Shown: positions 28,642-41,700 of the stretch, in pieces
Numbering within the stretch: position 1 is the first letter of the stretch
How the letters are laid out: every line of letters starts with the position of its first letter
From: an uncultured bacterium
Lineage (GTDB): Bacteria; Verrucomicrobiota; Kiritimatiellia; RFP12; UBA1067
Assembly (NCBI GenBank): GCA_902764415.1
Contig: CACWVU010000001.1
Location: 67,395-131,394, forward strand
Length of the DNA: 64,000 nucleotides
Direction: 5' to 3'
The notes under the pieces: generated by a model
What the model was told of the DNA's origin: nothing
What the model saw: the letters and a program-made list of their open reading frames with translations, nothing else
The model's database searches: none
Made by a program: the position numbers and the translations under genes

Positions 28642-29937
28642 ATGGACAAGGTATACCAGACTGCCGTCTTCGAGGGCGGGGTGCTGCGCGTCATGGCTTC
28701 CGGCGTGAAGAGCCGGGAGGCCGCGCTGGCGCTGCCGCTCGGGCGGTTGCTCGTCAGGCTGTTGCGCGTCGCCGAAGGCGAGGACCCAGTCGAGGTCGCG
28801 CGCGGCGTGCTGTCCGCGGCAAGTCCGTTTCCGGACGAGTCGCTCGCGGTCGGCCTCGAGAAGGTCTGCGACGAGGCCGGCGGCCGCGCGGTGTACCTTG
28901 CCGCGGCACTGCCCGAGAGCTCGACCGATGACATCGCCGACGCGCTCGACGCGGCGAAGCTGAACGTCGTCAGGGTCGACGCACTGGTGCTCGGCGAGCT
29001 GCGCGGCGTCTGGAAGTCAATCGGCGGCGAGGGTCGCCGACTCGTGGTCTTCGAGGGTCCGGACGGCGTGTCGCTCGTCGTCCTCGACGCCGACCTCCCC
29101 GTCTCCATCCGCGCCGCGTCCACGGGATCGGACTTGAAGCGCGAGGCGATGCTTTCCCTTTTGGAGGCCGAGGACTTCGGAGGGCCGAAGCCGCTCGGCG
29201 AAGTGGTGCGCGTCCGGCGCGAGGCCGAGGATTCCGCGGCGGAACCCGCGGCGGAACCCGCGGCAGAGTCTGCGGCAGAGCCTGCGCCCAATCCGCTCGC
29301 CTCGTTCGGCGCGCCGGTGCGCTCGATCGAGATTGGTGCCGACGCGGGGCTCGCGGGCATAGCCGAGCGCACGGCTGAGGAGGGCTCGCTCAACGCGATG
29401 CCCGACAGTTGGCGCGCGGTGCTCGCCGAGACACGTTTCAAAGCGAAGCTCGTTCGCAACATGATTGCGGCGGTCGCGGTGTGGCTGGTGGCGATGGCGG
29501 TCATCTTCGGGGTGCCGGTCGCCTATGGCTACATGACCGACTATCAGAAGAATCTCTGCAAGCGCCACGCCAAGCAGTACAAGGCGGTGGCGGACAAGAA
29601 GGCGAAGGTGAAGCTGGTAAGGAAGTACTCCGACCACTCGCGCGGCGCGTTGGAGATAATGAAGGCGGTGTCGGACCGCCTGCCCGATGGGGTGACGCTC
29701 TCTTCCTGGGACTTCACGCGCGACGACGGCGTGCGCCTGCGCGCGGAGTCGGACGACTCCAGCTCCGCCTACCAGCTCAAGGACGCGCTCGCGGAGATGT
29801 GCGCCGAAGGCGAGGACGCCGAGGATGGCGAGGGCGAGAAGATCTTCGAGGTGGTGCGCCTCGGCGCGCTCAGCAAGCAGAAGGACGGCAAGCAGAAGTT
29901 CGAGATCGAGTGCAGCCACAGGACGGAGGAGGAGTAG
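28642..29937 (+). CDS. GspL/PilM-PilN-like type II secretion or pilus assembly platform protein
   Basis: Cytoplasmic N-domain, one TM helix, a coiled coil and a PilN-like ferredoxin segment (LPDGVTLSSWDF..VRLRAES); lies upstream of a secretin. Confidence 0.65.
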   Translation: MDKVYQTAVFEGGVLRVMASGVKSREAALALPLGRLLVRLLRVAEGEDPVEVARGVLSAASPFPDESLAVGLEKVCDEAGGRAVYLAAALPESSTDDIADALDAAKLNVVRVDALVLGELRGVWKSIGGEGRRLVVFEGPDGVSLVVLDADLPVSIRAASTGSDLKREAMLSLLEAEDFGGPKPLGEVVRVRREAEDSAAEPAAEPAAESAAEPAPNPLASFGAPVRSIEIGADAGLAGIAERTAEEGSLNAMPDSWRAVLAETRFKAKLVRNMIAAVAVWLVAMAVIFGVPVAYGYMTDYQKNLCKRHAKQYKAVADKKAKVKLVRKYSDHSRGALEIMKAVSDRLPDGVTLSSWDFTRDDGVRLRAESDDSSSAYQLKDALAEMCAEGEDAEDGEGEKIFEVVRLGALSKQKDGKQKFEIECSHRTEEE

Positions 29938-29942
29938 CCGAC

Positions 29943-30476
29943 ATGGACGACGCGAAGCTCAGGGAGAAGGCGATGATGGCCGTGGTGGCCGTCGTCGTGC
30001 TCTACGCCGTCGCGGTCGGGGTCTGGTTCTTCAGCGCCGAAAGCGCGTGGAAGCGCGCGGCGAAGGCGTACGGCAGGGAGCGCGACCGGTACGAGCAGGA
30101 GGAGAAGCTCATCTCCGAGAAGCGCAAGTGGAACGAGCTCTACGACCTCGAGAAGGCGGCGATGCCGACCTTCGAGGCGGGCAAGGCGACGGACACGGTG
30201 TGGCTCCGGAAAGTGGAGGACCTCGCTCGCACGAACCTGGTGCTGATCACCTCGATCGACTCCGGCAAGGAGGTGGAGGCGGGGGACGTGCTGGAGCTGC
30301 CGATCGAGGTGAAGAGCTGGGAGGGTTCTCTGGAGGCGCTCGTCAAGTTCATGCACGCGCTCGAGAACACTTCCGAGGGGATGTTCGACGTCAAGGAGAT
30401 CAGCCTCAAGCCCAGCCAGAAGAAGGGGTACCTCAAGGGGTCGCTTTCGATAACCTGCGCGTACATGCGTGAATAA
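29943..30476 (+). CDS. GspM/PilO-like protein
   Basis: LREK followed by an N-terminal TM helix, a coiled coil and EGSLEALVKFM; cluster context. Confidence 0.65.
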   Translation: MDDAKLREKAMMAVVAVVVLYAVAVGVWFFSAESAWKRAAKAYGRERDRYEQEEKLISEKRKWNELYDLEKAAMPTFEAGKATDTVWLRKVEDLARTNLVLITSIDSGKEVEAGDVLELPIEVKSWEGSLEALVKFMHALENTSEGMFDVKEISLKPSQKKGYLKGSLSITCAYMRE

Positions 30477-30509
30477 CCAGCGGATTTAAAACGAAACGGA
30501 GCGGTGAAT

Positions 30510-33431
30510 ATGAAATCAAAGTTCAAGACTCTACTTATGCTGGCGGTCGTGGTCATCCTGTCTGCAGCGACAGCCGTGGCTCAGGAGCAGGGATCGGAGA
30601 ATTCCAGATTGCGGCGCCCCGGCGGACTGTTGTCGCCCCGACGTTCCCTTTTGCGCAACAATCCGTCCGCCAACACTCCCTCGACGACTTCTCTCCAGAC
30701 CTCGTCTTCGCCGTCTGGGACTGCTGACAAGAAGGTGGAGCCGGGCGGCAGGTCGATCGAGTTCAACCAGGCGCCGGTGGAGATGGTATTCAAGGTCTAC
30801 GGCGAACTCAAGGGCATTACCGTCCTCAAGGACCCGCAGACTCCGTCCGCCACCATAACCCTCCAGCCGCTGCAGGGACAGGAGCTGACCGACGAGGACA
30901 AGATCGAGGCGATCGAGACGGTGCTGGAGATGAACGGCATCCACCTCGAGCCATACGGCGAGAAGTTCTGCCGCGCGATTCCGCGCAAGGACGTGCGCAA
31001 GGACGGCATCCCGCTCATCATGGACCCGGACGCGGAGCTCAGGGAGTCGACCCGCGTAGTCTCGCTGGTGGTGCCGTTCCACAACATTTCGGTCGAGGAG
31101 GCGCAGAAGGCGCTGGAAGGCTTCAAGTCCGCCAACGGCGTGCTGCTCGTCTTCGAGCGCACTAACTCGATCATCATCACCGACACCGAGGCAAACATCA
31201 ACCGGATGCGCGAGATCGCCCGGATGATCGACATCACCACCCCCGTCACCGAGAACGTGTACGTGCGACAGATCCACAACGCGGCGGCGGCGGACATCAA
31301 GACGGCGCTTGAGGCGATCGTGCAGAAGAGCAAGGAGGAGCTGGAGAAGGACGGCAAGCAGCCGAAAACCGCGGCGCAGTCGTCGGCTCCTCACTCCCCG
31401 TTTGCTTCGCGGCTCATGAACCGCAACAACCCGCAGCCGACGGCGCCGGTGAACCAGCCGTCGATCGTCACCTCGGTCTCCGACGCCGACCGCGGCATGA
31501 TCCGCGGCAAGGTGCTGATCCTCTCCGATGAGCGTTCGAACAAGCTCATCATCGTCACCTCCAAGTCGAACATGGACTTCTTCGACAAGGTGATCGAGCA
31601 GCTCGACATCGAGACCACGCCGCCGACGGTGGTCAAGGTCTATCGCCTCAAGTACGCTGACGCCGAAGATGTCTCGGACATGATCAACGACCTCATCGGT
31701 AACGCTCCATCGGGTAAGTCGACCACGAAGTCCAGCCAAAACGCCGCGGCGAAGACCTCGACCGGCGGCGGCGCGAACATGACGACCGGTTCCGCGTCTC
31801 GACCGTCCACCAACAAGCGCACCGGCGAGCCGCAGGCTGGCGAGCTTTCCAAGGAGAACACGACTGTCCTCGCCGACAAGCGCATCAATGGCCTGGTGGT
31901 GATGACCCAGAAGGAGCTCGTCCCCACGGTCGAGGCCATCATCGAGGCGATGGACATCAAGCTCGCGCAGGTGCTGATCGAGACGGTCATCATCGAGGTG
32001 TCGCTTGACAACGGAATCGAGAGCGGCATCGACTGGGTGCAGAAGGGCAGAAAGCACGGGGTACACACCAGCGAGCCGCTTACTGATGCACTTGGTCGTC
32101 AGTTGTTTTATCCTTATGCCAAGGATTCGGAGGGGGCTTATACAAAGTATGTGGACTATGCCGGAACGCCGGTTTTGAAGGGTGTGGAGGGAGCCAGCGA
32201 AACTCCGGCTTTGAAAAGTCTCTCCGTCGTTGCTCGCGACGGGTTCCTAAATTATGTTTCCGGTGGCGCATATGGAATGGGCGGTGGCGCAAGTGGCGGC
32301 GCCGAGGCGTTCAAGGTTGTGGATTTCGCAAGAAACGCCGCCACCAACCTGCTCAGCAAGTCTTTTAGCTTTGTGTTTGATTCCGACGAACTTGGGATTT
32401 CGGCCATCCTCCATATGACGGAGAACGACAACCGTGCCAAGTATATTGCGTCTCCAGTGATAATGACCGTTGACAACAAGGAAGCATCGATTGACGCAAC
32501 CGAGAACCGTCAGTTCCTCACAGGCTGGACTGCGCAGTCGGGCTCATACGGGAACAGCGGCCAGCCCACGCCAAACTACAGCGCGAAGGACATTGGCATC
32601 AAGCTCAAGATCACGCCGAAGATCAACCCGAACGGGACTGTCATGCTCAATGTGGAAGAGGAGTATTCGCGGTTCGTCGAAAACGGGCAGTCGATGCTGA
32701 TCCCGCAGGGTGGGATGTACATCCCTGGATTCGTAGACCTTGCGGTCGAGCGCAAGATGTCGGCCGACGTCCTGCTTGAAGACAAGCAGACGGTGGTCTT
32801 TAGCGGACTAACCGAGACCGCAAAGGCCGCAAGCGAATCAGGAATCCCGATTCTCAAGGACATTCCCTGGATCGGCAAGTGGCTCTTCAGCGAGGTCAAG
32901 GAGAGCGAGGGTCGCAAGGAGCTGTTGGTGTTCCTTACGCCATATGTCCTTGACGACGCCGAGGCGGCGCAGGTCGAGGCACTTCGCCGGAAGAAGACGC
33001 TTTCCGACCCCAATCCGTGGGACGACCACGGCTGGTCGCTTAGCGAGCTTGCCGATCCGGTCGAGAAGAAAGAGCAGCTCCGTCGACTGAAGGACGAGTG
33101 GAAGAAGCAGGACGAGGAGCGCAAGACCAAGATCGCAATCGAAAAGGCCAAGGTCGAGCGCGTCAAGGCACTGGAGAAGATGTCCAAGGACGAGCGCGAG
33201 CTCTGGCTTAAGATGCACAAGGAAGAACTCGACGAGGAAAAGCGCGAGGAGCTGGAGGAGAAGATGCTCGACGACAAGAGTCAGGAGGAGCTCAAGAAGA
33301 TCGCCGCGGAAGTGCGCGAACGCAAGCTCAGGGAGGCCGAGAAGGAAATCGGCGCTGCAGAGGAGGCGTACAGGGGCGAGAACGCCCGCGCGGTGAAGGA
33401 TCGCGAAGACGCCGAGAAGGCCGAGAAATAA
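30510..33431 (+). CDS. gspD: Type II secretion secretin GspD-like
   Basis: Signal peptide, N-domain repeats (ERTNSIII, DERSNKLII, DKRINGLVV), QVLIETVIIEV, DIGIKLKITPKIN and GIPILKDIPWIG.LF..ELLVFLTPYV. Confidence 0.88.
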   Translation: MKSKFKTLLMLAVVVILSAATAVAQEQGSENSRLRRPGGLLSPRRSLLRNNPSANTPSTTSLQTSSSPSGTADKKVEPGGRSIEFNQAPVEMVFKVYGELKGITVLKDPQTPSATITLQPLQGQELTDEDKIEAIETVLEMNGIHLEPYGEKFCRAIPRKDVRKDGIPLIMDPDAELRESTRVVSLVVPFHNISVEEAQKALEGFKSANGVLLVFERTNSIIITDTEANINRMREIARMIDITTPVTENVYVRQIHNAAAADIKTALEAIVQKSKEELEKDGKQPKTAAQSSAPHSPFASRLMNRNNPQPTAPVNQPSIVTSVSDADRGMIRGKVLILSDERSNKLIIVTSKSNMDFFDKVIEQLDIETTPPTVVKVYRLKYADAEDVSDMINDLIGNAPSGKSTTKSSQNAAAKTSTGGGANMTTGSASRPSTNKRTGEPQAGELSKENTTVLADKRINGLVVMTQKELVPTVEAIIEAMDIKLAQVLIETVIIEVSLDNGIESGIDWVQKGRKHGVHTSEPLTDALGRQLFYPYAKDSEGAYTKYVDYAGTPVLKGVEGASETPALKSLSVVARDGFLNYVSGGAYGMGGGASGGAEAFKVVDFARNAATNLLSKSFSFVFDSDELGISAILHMTENDNRAKYIASPVIMTVDNKEASIDATENRQFLTGWTAQSGSYGNSGQPTPNYSAKDIGIKLKITPKINPNGTVMLNVEEEYSRFVENGQSMLIPQGGMYIPGFVDLAVERKMSADVLLEDKQTVVFSGLTETAKAASESGIPILKDIPWIGKWLFSEVKESEGRKELLVFLTPYVLDDAEAAQVEALRRKKTLSDPNPWDDHGWSLSELADPVEKKEQLRRLKDEWKKQDEERKTKIAIEKAKVERVKALEKMSKDERELWLKMHKEELDEEKREELEEKMLDDKSQEELKKIAAEVRERKLREAEKEIGAAEEAYRGENARAVKDREDAEKAEK

Positions 33432-33457
33432 GTGAAGCTTAGGAAAGGAGACAAGCC

Positions 33458-34063
33458 ATGAAGTCCATAGCCGCAGTTCTGTGTGTCGTTTCGCTGTCGA
33501 CCGCCTCGTTCGCCGGGACGCAGCGCGAGAGCGAGTTCGCCTCCAGCGGAAGCTGGACGCCGTTCGCCATCGGCCTGTTGCCGCCGGTCCAGGTTCCCTG
33601 CTCGGACTGGGACGTCACCGGGCTGAGAGTCGGCATCCTCGCCGCCCGTCACCACAACGTGCTCTTCCTGAGCGCGAGCGGACTCGTAGACCTCGCCACC
33701 GGCGACGTGAACGGCATCGAGGTGGCGGGGCTCTGCAACCATGTTGGCAAGAGTTCTGGCGCGTTCCAGGTTGCTGGCGTCCTCAACAGCGTCGACGGCG
33801 ATTTTGTCGGAATGCAGGTGGCTGGCGTCTACAATGCGGTCAATGCCGAGGCTGCGGGCATGTCGGTGGCCGCGTTCAACCGCGCCGAGACGATGGAAGG
33901 TATGCAGGTCGGAGTCTTCAACCGTGCCCGGGCGCTCAGTGGAGTGCAGGTCGGCGTGGTCAACCTGGTCGAAGACGGGTCCGAGTGCATCCAGCTCGGC
34001 CTCGTCAACGTGATGCGCGACGGGATTTATCCGGTGATGCCGGTGCTGAACATCGGCTTCTGA
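33458..34063 (+). CDS. Secreted Gly-rich repeat protein (GxQxGxxN repeats, LA_2272-like)
   Basis: Signal peptide; GIEVAGLCN/GMQVAGVYN/GVQVGVVN/CIQLGLVN repeats; ends PVLNIGF with a terminal Phe. Confidence 0.65.
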   Translation: MKSIAAVLCVVSLSTASFAGTQRESEFASSGSWTPFAIGLLPPVQVPCSDWDVTGLRVGILAARHHNVLFLSASGLVDLATGDVNGIEVAGLCNHVGKSSGAFQVAGVLNSVDGDFVGMQVAGVYNAVNAEAAGMSVAAFNRAETMEGMQVGVFNRARALSGVQVGVVNLVEDGSECIQLGLVNVMRDGIYPVMPVLNIGF

Positions 34064-34081
34064 GCCGAGGAGGGGATTGTC

Positions 34082-34765
34082 TTGATCGGAAGAGTGATGG
34101 TGCCGCTGGCGGTGGTGGCGGCGGCGATGTCCGGGTGCTGGACGTTCAACGAGTCCGAGTATCCGGTGGAGGCGACGACCGCGGCGGCGACCAACCTCTC
34201 CGTGGCGGTGGTCGGCTACAAGGCGACGTTCACCGACTACGAGCCGGTGACCGGATACTCCTCGGTGTATGTCCCCGGCTGGTACGGCTACCGCTACTAT
34301 CACCCAGGCCACTTCGAGACCGTCGCCTCCACTGCCTACGTGCCGCTCCGGCGCGAGTCCGACGCCTACCTGGTGCGGGCGAAGGAGCGGTTCGAGGGCG
34401 CCGGCTTCACCGTCGGCGCGGCGGTGCCGAAGGTGTCGGTGGAGGTGCAGTTCGCAGGGCCGTTCGACTCGGACGGCGACCTGGGCCGGGCGCTGCTGTG
34501 GTCAGTCGGGACGATCTTCTTCTGCGACTACTCCTCGCAGCGATGGACGGCGAAGCTGACGATCCGCGACAACACCGACGGCAGGCTGCTGCTGCGGCGC
34601 GAGTTCGAGCAGAAGTACGAGGCGAACGTGTTCTCGCCAATTCCGATCTTCGGGCCGGCGTCGTGCGACAAGACCAGCTCGGCGGCCATGCAGTGCTGGT
34701 GCCTCTCGGCGCTCACCGACCGCACCGTCGCCGCCGCCACCGCCTTCCTTGCCGGAGGCAAGTGA
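34082..34765 (+). CDS. Putative lipoprotein of unknown function
   Basis: SD GGAGG; hydrophobic N-terminus with AMSGC lipobox; host-like codon usage. Confidence 0.65.
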   Translation: MIGRVMVPLAVVAAAMSGCWTFNESEYPVEATTAAATNLSVAVVGYKATFTDYEPVTGYSSVYVPGWYGYRYYHPGHFETVASTAYVPLRRESDAYLVRAKERFEGAGFTVGAAVPKVSVEVQFAGPFDSDGDLGRALLWSVGTIFFCDYSSQRWTAKLTIRDNTDGRLLLRREFEQKYEANVFSPIPIFGPASCDKTSSAAMQCWCLSALTDRTVAAATAFLAGGK

Positions 34766-34769
34766 AGTT

Positions 34770-35481
34770 ATGTTTTCGTCGCAAAAGACGCAAATATGCG
34801 ATCGAGACGCGATTGTCGTCGCCTCCCGCTTCGCGGGCGACAATCGGTCTCGCTCGCGGTAATGGGCTGGGTTTGCCGTATCGATGCTGGCGCAGTGTAA
34901 GATCAGCAATTATTGGGAATGAGGACATATGCATCCGCTGTATGAGCAGGCCAATAATCTGACCAAAGAGGTGATAGACGCTGCGATTGCAGTGCATAAG
35001 CATTTTGGCCCAGGGGTGTTGGAATCCATCTATGTTAAAAGCCTTGAGCAGGCGTTGAAGGTTGCAGGCCACAAGGTTGAGCGGGAGAAGACAGTGGAAA
35101 TCTCCTATATGGGCGCCACATTCGAAGAAAAGCTTCGGTGCGATCTTCTTGTCGACGATTGCCTGGTTATCGAAGCCAAGTCGGTCGAAGCTTGTGATCT
35201 TCAGCGATTCCGAATGCAGTTGCTTTCGTACTTGAAGTTGCTCGATAAACCATTGGGATTGGTTATGAACTTCGGCGACGAGCATTTTGGAAGTCATGGG
35301 ATTCGCCGCGTCATACTGAAAGGCGCTGACAAAGGCAACGATTAAAAATGAAATCTAAACAGACTTTCAAATCATCAAAATGTCTCATAGGCCGCGGACG
35401 ATTTCGATTGTCTCCCGCGTCAGCGGGAGACGACGACAATCGGAAATCGGACGCAATATCTGCGTACTTTGCGACTAAAAC

Positions 35482-35483
<2 letters not shown>
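34770..35483. mobile_element. Candidate GxxExxY-nuclease element with ~90-bp structured inverted ends and GTT direct repeats
   Basis: 34770-34859 aligns to the reverse complement of 35392-35483 (about 72/92 by hand). GTT occurs at 34767-34769 and 35484-35486. The interior is AT-richer than the flanks. Confidence 0.7.
34929..35345 (+). CDS. GxxExxY protein (PD-(D/E)XK nuclease-like)
   Basis: HFGPGVLESIY (GxxExxY), RCDLLVDDCLVIEAK (D..ExK), QLLSYLKL and GLVMNF; SD GAGGA. Confidence 0.93.
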   Translation: MHPLYEQANNLTKEVIDAAIAVHKHFGPGVLESIYVKSLEQALKVAGHKVEREKTVEISYMGATFEEKLRCDLLVDDCLVIEAKSVEACDLQRFRMQLLSYLKLLDKPLGLVMNFGDEHFGSHGIRRVILKGADKGND

Positions 35484-37715
<2,232 letters not shown>

Positions 37716-37716
<1 letters not shown>

Positions 37717-38645
37717 TGGAGAACCTCATTGCAGTGGCGCGCCAGGTGGCGGTGCTCTTCGCGCTGATCGGCGTGGGGGCGGCGGCGCGCTGGACGGGGA
37801 TCCTCAAGGACGCCGCGGCGGAAGGGCTCGTGGACCTGCTGGTGATCGTGGTCACGCCGTGCGTGATCGCTAACTCGTTCGTCCGTCCCTTCGAGCCGTC
37901 GATGGCCGGCGGGCTTGCCGCGGCGTTCGCGATCGCCTTCGCCGCCCACGTGGCGGCGATATTCCTCGCCAAGGCGCTGGTCCGGAAGGGCGCGGCGGAC
38001 ACGCGCTGCGTGCTGCGGATGACGGTGGTCTTCTCCAACGCCGGCTTCATGGGCATTCCGCTCGAGCAGGCGATCATCGGCGCGGACGGGGTGTTCTACG
38101 GCTCGGCGTATATCGTGGCGTTCAACCTCTTCATGTGGACGTGGGGGCTTAGGGAAATGCAGGGTGACCGCGGCGGCGTGGGGATGCGGCGCATCCTCGT
38201 GAACCCGGGCACGGTGGGGCTGGCGGCGGGGCTGCCGGTGTTCCTCCTCTCGATACCGCTGCCGGCGGTGGTGTCCGCGCCGCTCGGGCACATGGCGGAC
38301 CTCAACACGCCGCTGGCGATGATCGTGATCGGCCATTCGCTCGCCCGTGCCAACCTCGGCAAGGTGCTGAGGTGCGGCGCGGCGCATTTCGCGGCGTTTC
38401 TGCGGCTGGTGGCGTTTCCGCTCCTCGTGGTCGCCGCGCTCGTGCCGCTCCGCGGGCGGGTGCCGCGCGACATGCTGCTCGCGGTGGTGGTCGCCGCCTC
38501 GGCGCCGGTGGCGGCGATGGTGTCGATGTTCGCTACGCGCTTCCGCCGCGACGTGGACACGGCCGCGGCGCTGGTGAGCGGCACCACCCTCGCGAGCGTC
38601 GCCACCATGCCTCCGGTCATCGCCCTGGCGATGAAGCTGCTGTAG
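37716..38645 (+). CDS. AEC (auxin efflux carrier-like) family transporter
   Basis: Multiple TM helices; FSNAGFMGIPL, NP, TPLAMIVIG and APVA motifs. Confidence 0.88.
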
Positions 38646-38664
38646 CGAGCCGCCAGCCTGCGCT

Positions 38665-38701
38665 AAGGCTACGGAGGGCAGGCGAATATGGTATAATACA
38701 C
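38665..38701 (+). promoter_or_regulatory. REP-like motif plus extended -10 promoter (copy of 27094-27130)
   Basis: AAGGCTACGGAGGGCAGGCGAATATGGTATAATACAC; GCCTGC(38656)..GCAGGC hairpin; ATG 8 nt after TATAAT. Confidence 0.75.
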
Positions 38702-38705
38702 AACT

Positions 38706-41700
38706 ATGAAGGACAGGTTTTTCTCAAAGCTGGACTGGGCTGCGTTCTGGACGGCCACGGTCGCCACTTTCGCGGTGTATTTCTATACCCTTGGGCCCTC
38801 CGTGGGGCTGGAGGACTCGGGCGAGCTCGCCACTGCCGCCGCCAACCTCGGCGTGCCGCATCCGCCGGGGTATCCGTTCTGGACCTTCTGCTCGTGGCTC
38901 TTCTGCAAGGCGTTCTCCTTCGTCACCTACATGGGCCATCCGACGCCGGCGTGGTGCGTCTCGCTCTGCTCGGCCGTCTTCGGCGCCTTCGCCGCCGGCT
39001 GCACGGCGATGCTGATCTGCCGCTCGGGGCGTGACTTCGTCGACGGCGAGGAGGGGCCAGGCGCGTGGCTCTGCTTCGGCGGCGGCGTCGCCGGCGCGCT
39101 GACCTTCGCGCTTTCGCCGGTCGAGTGGTCGCAGTCGACGATCGTCGAGATCTACTCGCTCAACGCGCTCTTCCTGATGTGGGTGTTCCTGCTGTCCTAC
39201 CGCTGGATGCGCCGGCCGTCCGACAAGATCCTCTGGACGACGGCCTTCGTCTTCGGCCTCGGCCTCACCAACTACCAGGTGCTGCTCTTCGCCATCGTGC
39301 CGCTCGCGCTCGTCATCGCGATGAAGAACCTGGGGCTGTTCCGGGACGTGTTCATCTACCTCACCCCGGTCGCGCTCACCTACCAGGTGCTGCAGATCGG
39401 CCAGCTCGTGCGCGCCGACCGCGCGATGAGCGCGGACGCGATCAACAAGCACCTGCCGCTGAAGGGGGCGACGGTGCCGTCCACCACGGTGCTGGTCCTC
39501 GGCCTTGCGGCTATCGTAGTGTCCATCGCCGCCGCGGCGTTCCTGAGCCGCCGCGGCAGCCGCGAGCGTGCGCGCAAGGTGGCGCTCTTTGGCGGCGTGG
39601 GAGGCGTCGTGCTGATGCTCGCGTCGATGTATATCTTTTCGTCGATTTCGGTGTGGGGCGGGGCGGACCTCGAGCTTGCGCCGCTCGTCGAGCCGTGGCG
39701 CTACCTGCTCGTGGCCGCGTGCGCGGCAGGCTCGGTCGTCGCCGCGGCGCTGGCGGCGCTTCGTCCGGCGGAGGATCCCGAGCCGGACGGGTTCGCCGCG
39801 CGCGTCAAGGCGCAGTTCTGCCGCGAGCTCTGGATCGCGGTCGCGCTCGCGGCGCTGGCGGTGGTGTTCGCGACGATGGTGCCGCAGGCCGGCGACGGCG
39901 GCTACCTGGGGCCGAAGTATCCCTGGGGCAAGTCGACGCTCGTCTTCGTCCTGGTGCTGGCGGCGCTGTTCGCGATGTGCTCCTCGACGCCGCGCGGGCT
40001 CTCCTTCGCGGTGCCGGTGGCCGGCCTCCACATCGCGGCGTTCGTGCTCCTCTCGCGCGGCGCGCTCAACGGGCTTACGCATCCGACCACCTGGTACTTC
40101 TGCTGGCCGGTCGTCTGGAACTTCGCGCTGCTGGCGCTTTCGGTGCTGACGCTGCCGAACGGCCTCAGCGTCGCCGGCGCGGCGTTCTTCGCGCAGCTCG
40201 GGGTGAGTTTCTACGCCTATATGCCGATCGTCTCCGACCTCAGGAACCCGCCGATGAACTGGGGCTACCCGCGCACCTGGGAGGGCTTCAAGCACGCGAT
40301 CATGCGCGGCCAGTACGAGGCGATCGGCTTCCAGCTGCCGAAGTGGGGGGCGATCCTCGAGTACTTCAAGGACGTGCGGGTGCAGTTCACCGACGTGATG
40401 ATCCCGTTCGCGCTGGTGCCGTTCGTCGCCGGGCGTTGGATCGTGAGGAAGGAGAACCGAAAGGCGTTCTGGCAGTGGATGGTGCCGGTGCTCGTGTGCT
40501 TCCTCCTGATGAGCGTGCTGCTCGTCGGCCTCGCGAACGTGAAGGGCGACCTGCAGGACGGCTTCATCCAGAAGGTGAAGTTCATCTCGTCGCACGCGAT
40601 GATCGCGCTCTGGATCGGCTACGGCCTCGTCTTCGCCTGCGCGTTCGCGCTTCGGAAGGCGGGCGAGCGCGGGCTGCTCGCCGGCGGCAGGGTGCGCCTC
40701 GCCGCCTTCGCCGCCGCCGCGCTGATGATCGCCGTCTCGTTCTTTGCGCCGCTCGTCGACAACTACTGCGGCGACTACCGGCTCGGCGTGAACGAGGTCG
40801 CGTTCAAGCTCGGCGGTTCGGAGCAGAACGGCCACACCTTCGGCTGGCAGTTCGGCGCCTACCAGCTCGAGGGCGCCAAGGCGATCAACGAGCAGATCGA
40901 GGCCGACGAGGAGCCGCTCCCCGACCCGACCTGGCCGCCGCCGATGGAGAAGTACTCCATCTTCTTCGGCGGCACCGACCCGGGCCGGTTCGTGCCCACC
41001 TACATGATCTACTCGGCGCTCTTCCGCCCCGACGTCTACCTCATCACCCAGAACGCCCTCGCCGACGACACCTACATGTCGGTCGAGCGCGACCTCTACG
41101 GCGACGAGATCTGGATTCCGTCCAAGGAGGACTCCGCCGAGGCGTTCAACGTCTACGTCGACGAGGTGCAGCGCGGCGTGAGGCAGGCGAACGGCGACGT
41201 GAAGATCGAGAACGGCCGCGTGCAGGTGACGGGCGCGCTCGGGGTGATGGAGATCAACGGCATCCTCACCAAGATGATGCACGACCACGACCGCCTGCGC
41301 CACGCGTTCTACGTCGAGGAGTCGTACGTCATCCCGTGGATGTACCCGTACCTGAGCCCGCACGGCCTCATCATGAAGATCAACGCGGACCGCACCCCCT
41401 ACGACGCGAAGACCGCGGCGAAGGACCGCGACTTCTGGGACTGGTACGTGCGGCGGCTCCTGAACGACCCCGCCTACCGGCGCGACTTCGCCGGCCAGAA
41501 GAGCTTCTCCAAGCTCCGCGCCGCCATCGCCGGGCTCTACATCAAGCAGGGCCGCTACCGCGAGGGATCCCAGGCCTTCCGCGAGGCGTGCCTCCTCTAC
41601 CCCGCCTCGCCCGAGGCGACGTTCCGCTACGCCCAGGAGTGCCTGATGCCGTTCCGGAAGTGGAACGAGACGCTGGAGCTGATGGACTACACCGACCTCA

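Noticed and set aside
29229-29285. 12-bp tandem (GCGGCGGAACCC-like) in the gspL-like gene, and KKPAA repeats at 13460-13545
   Set aside because: In-frame low-complexity linker repeats (AAEP; KKPAA) explained at the protein level.
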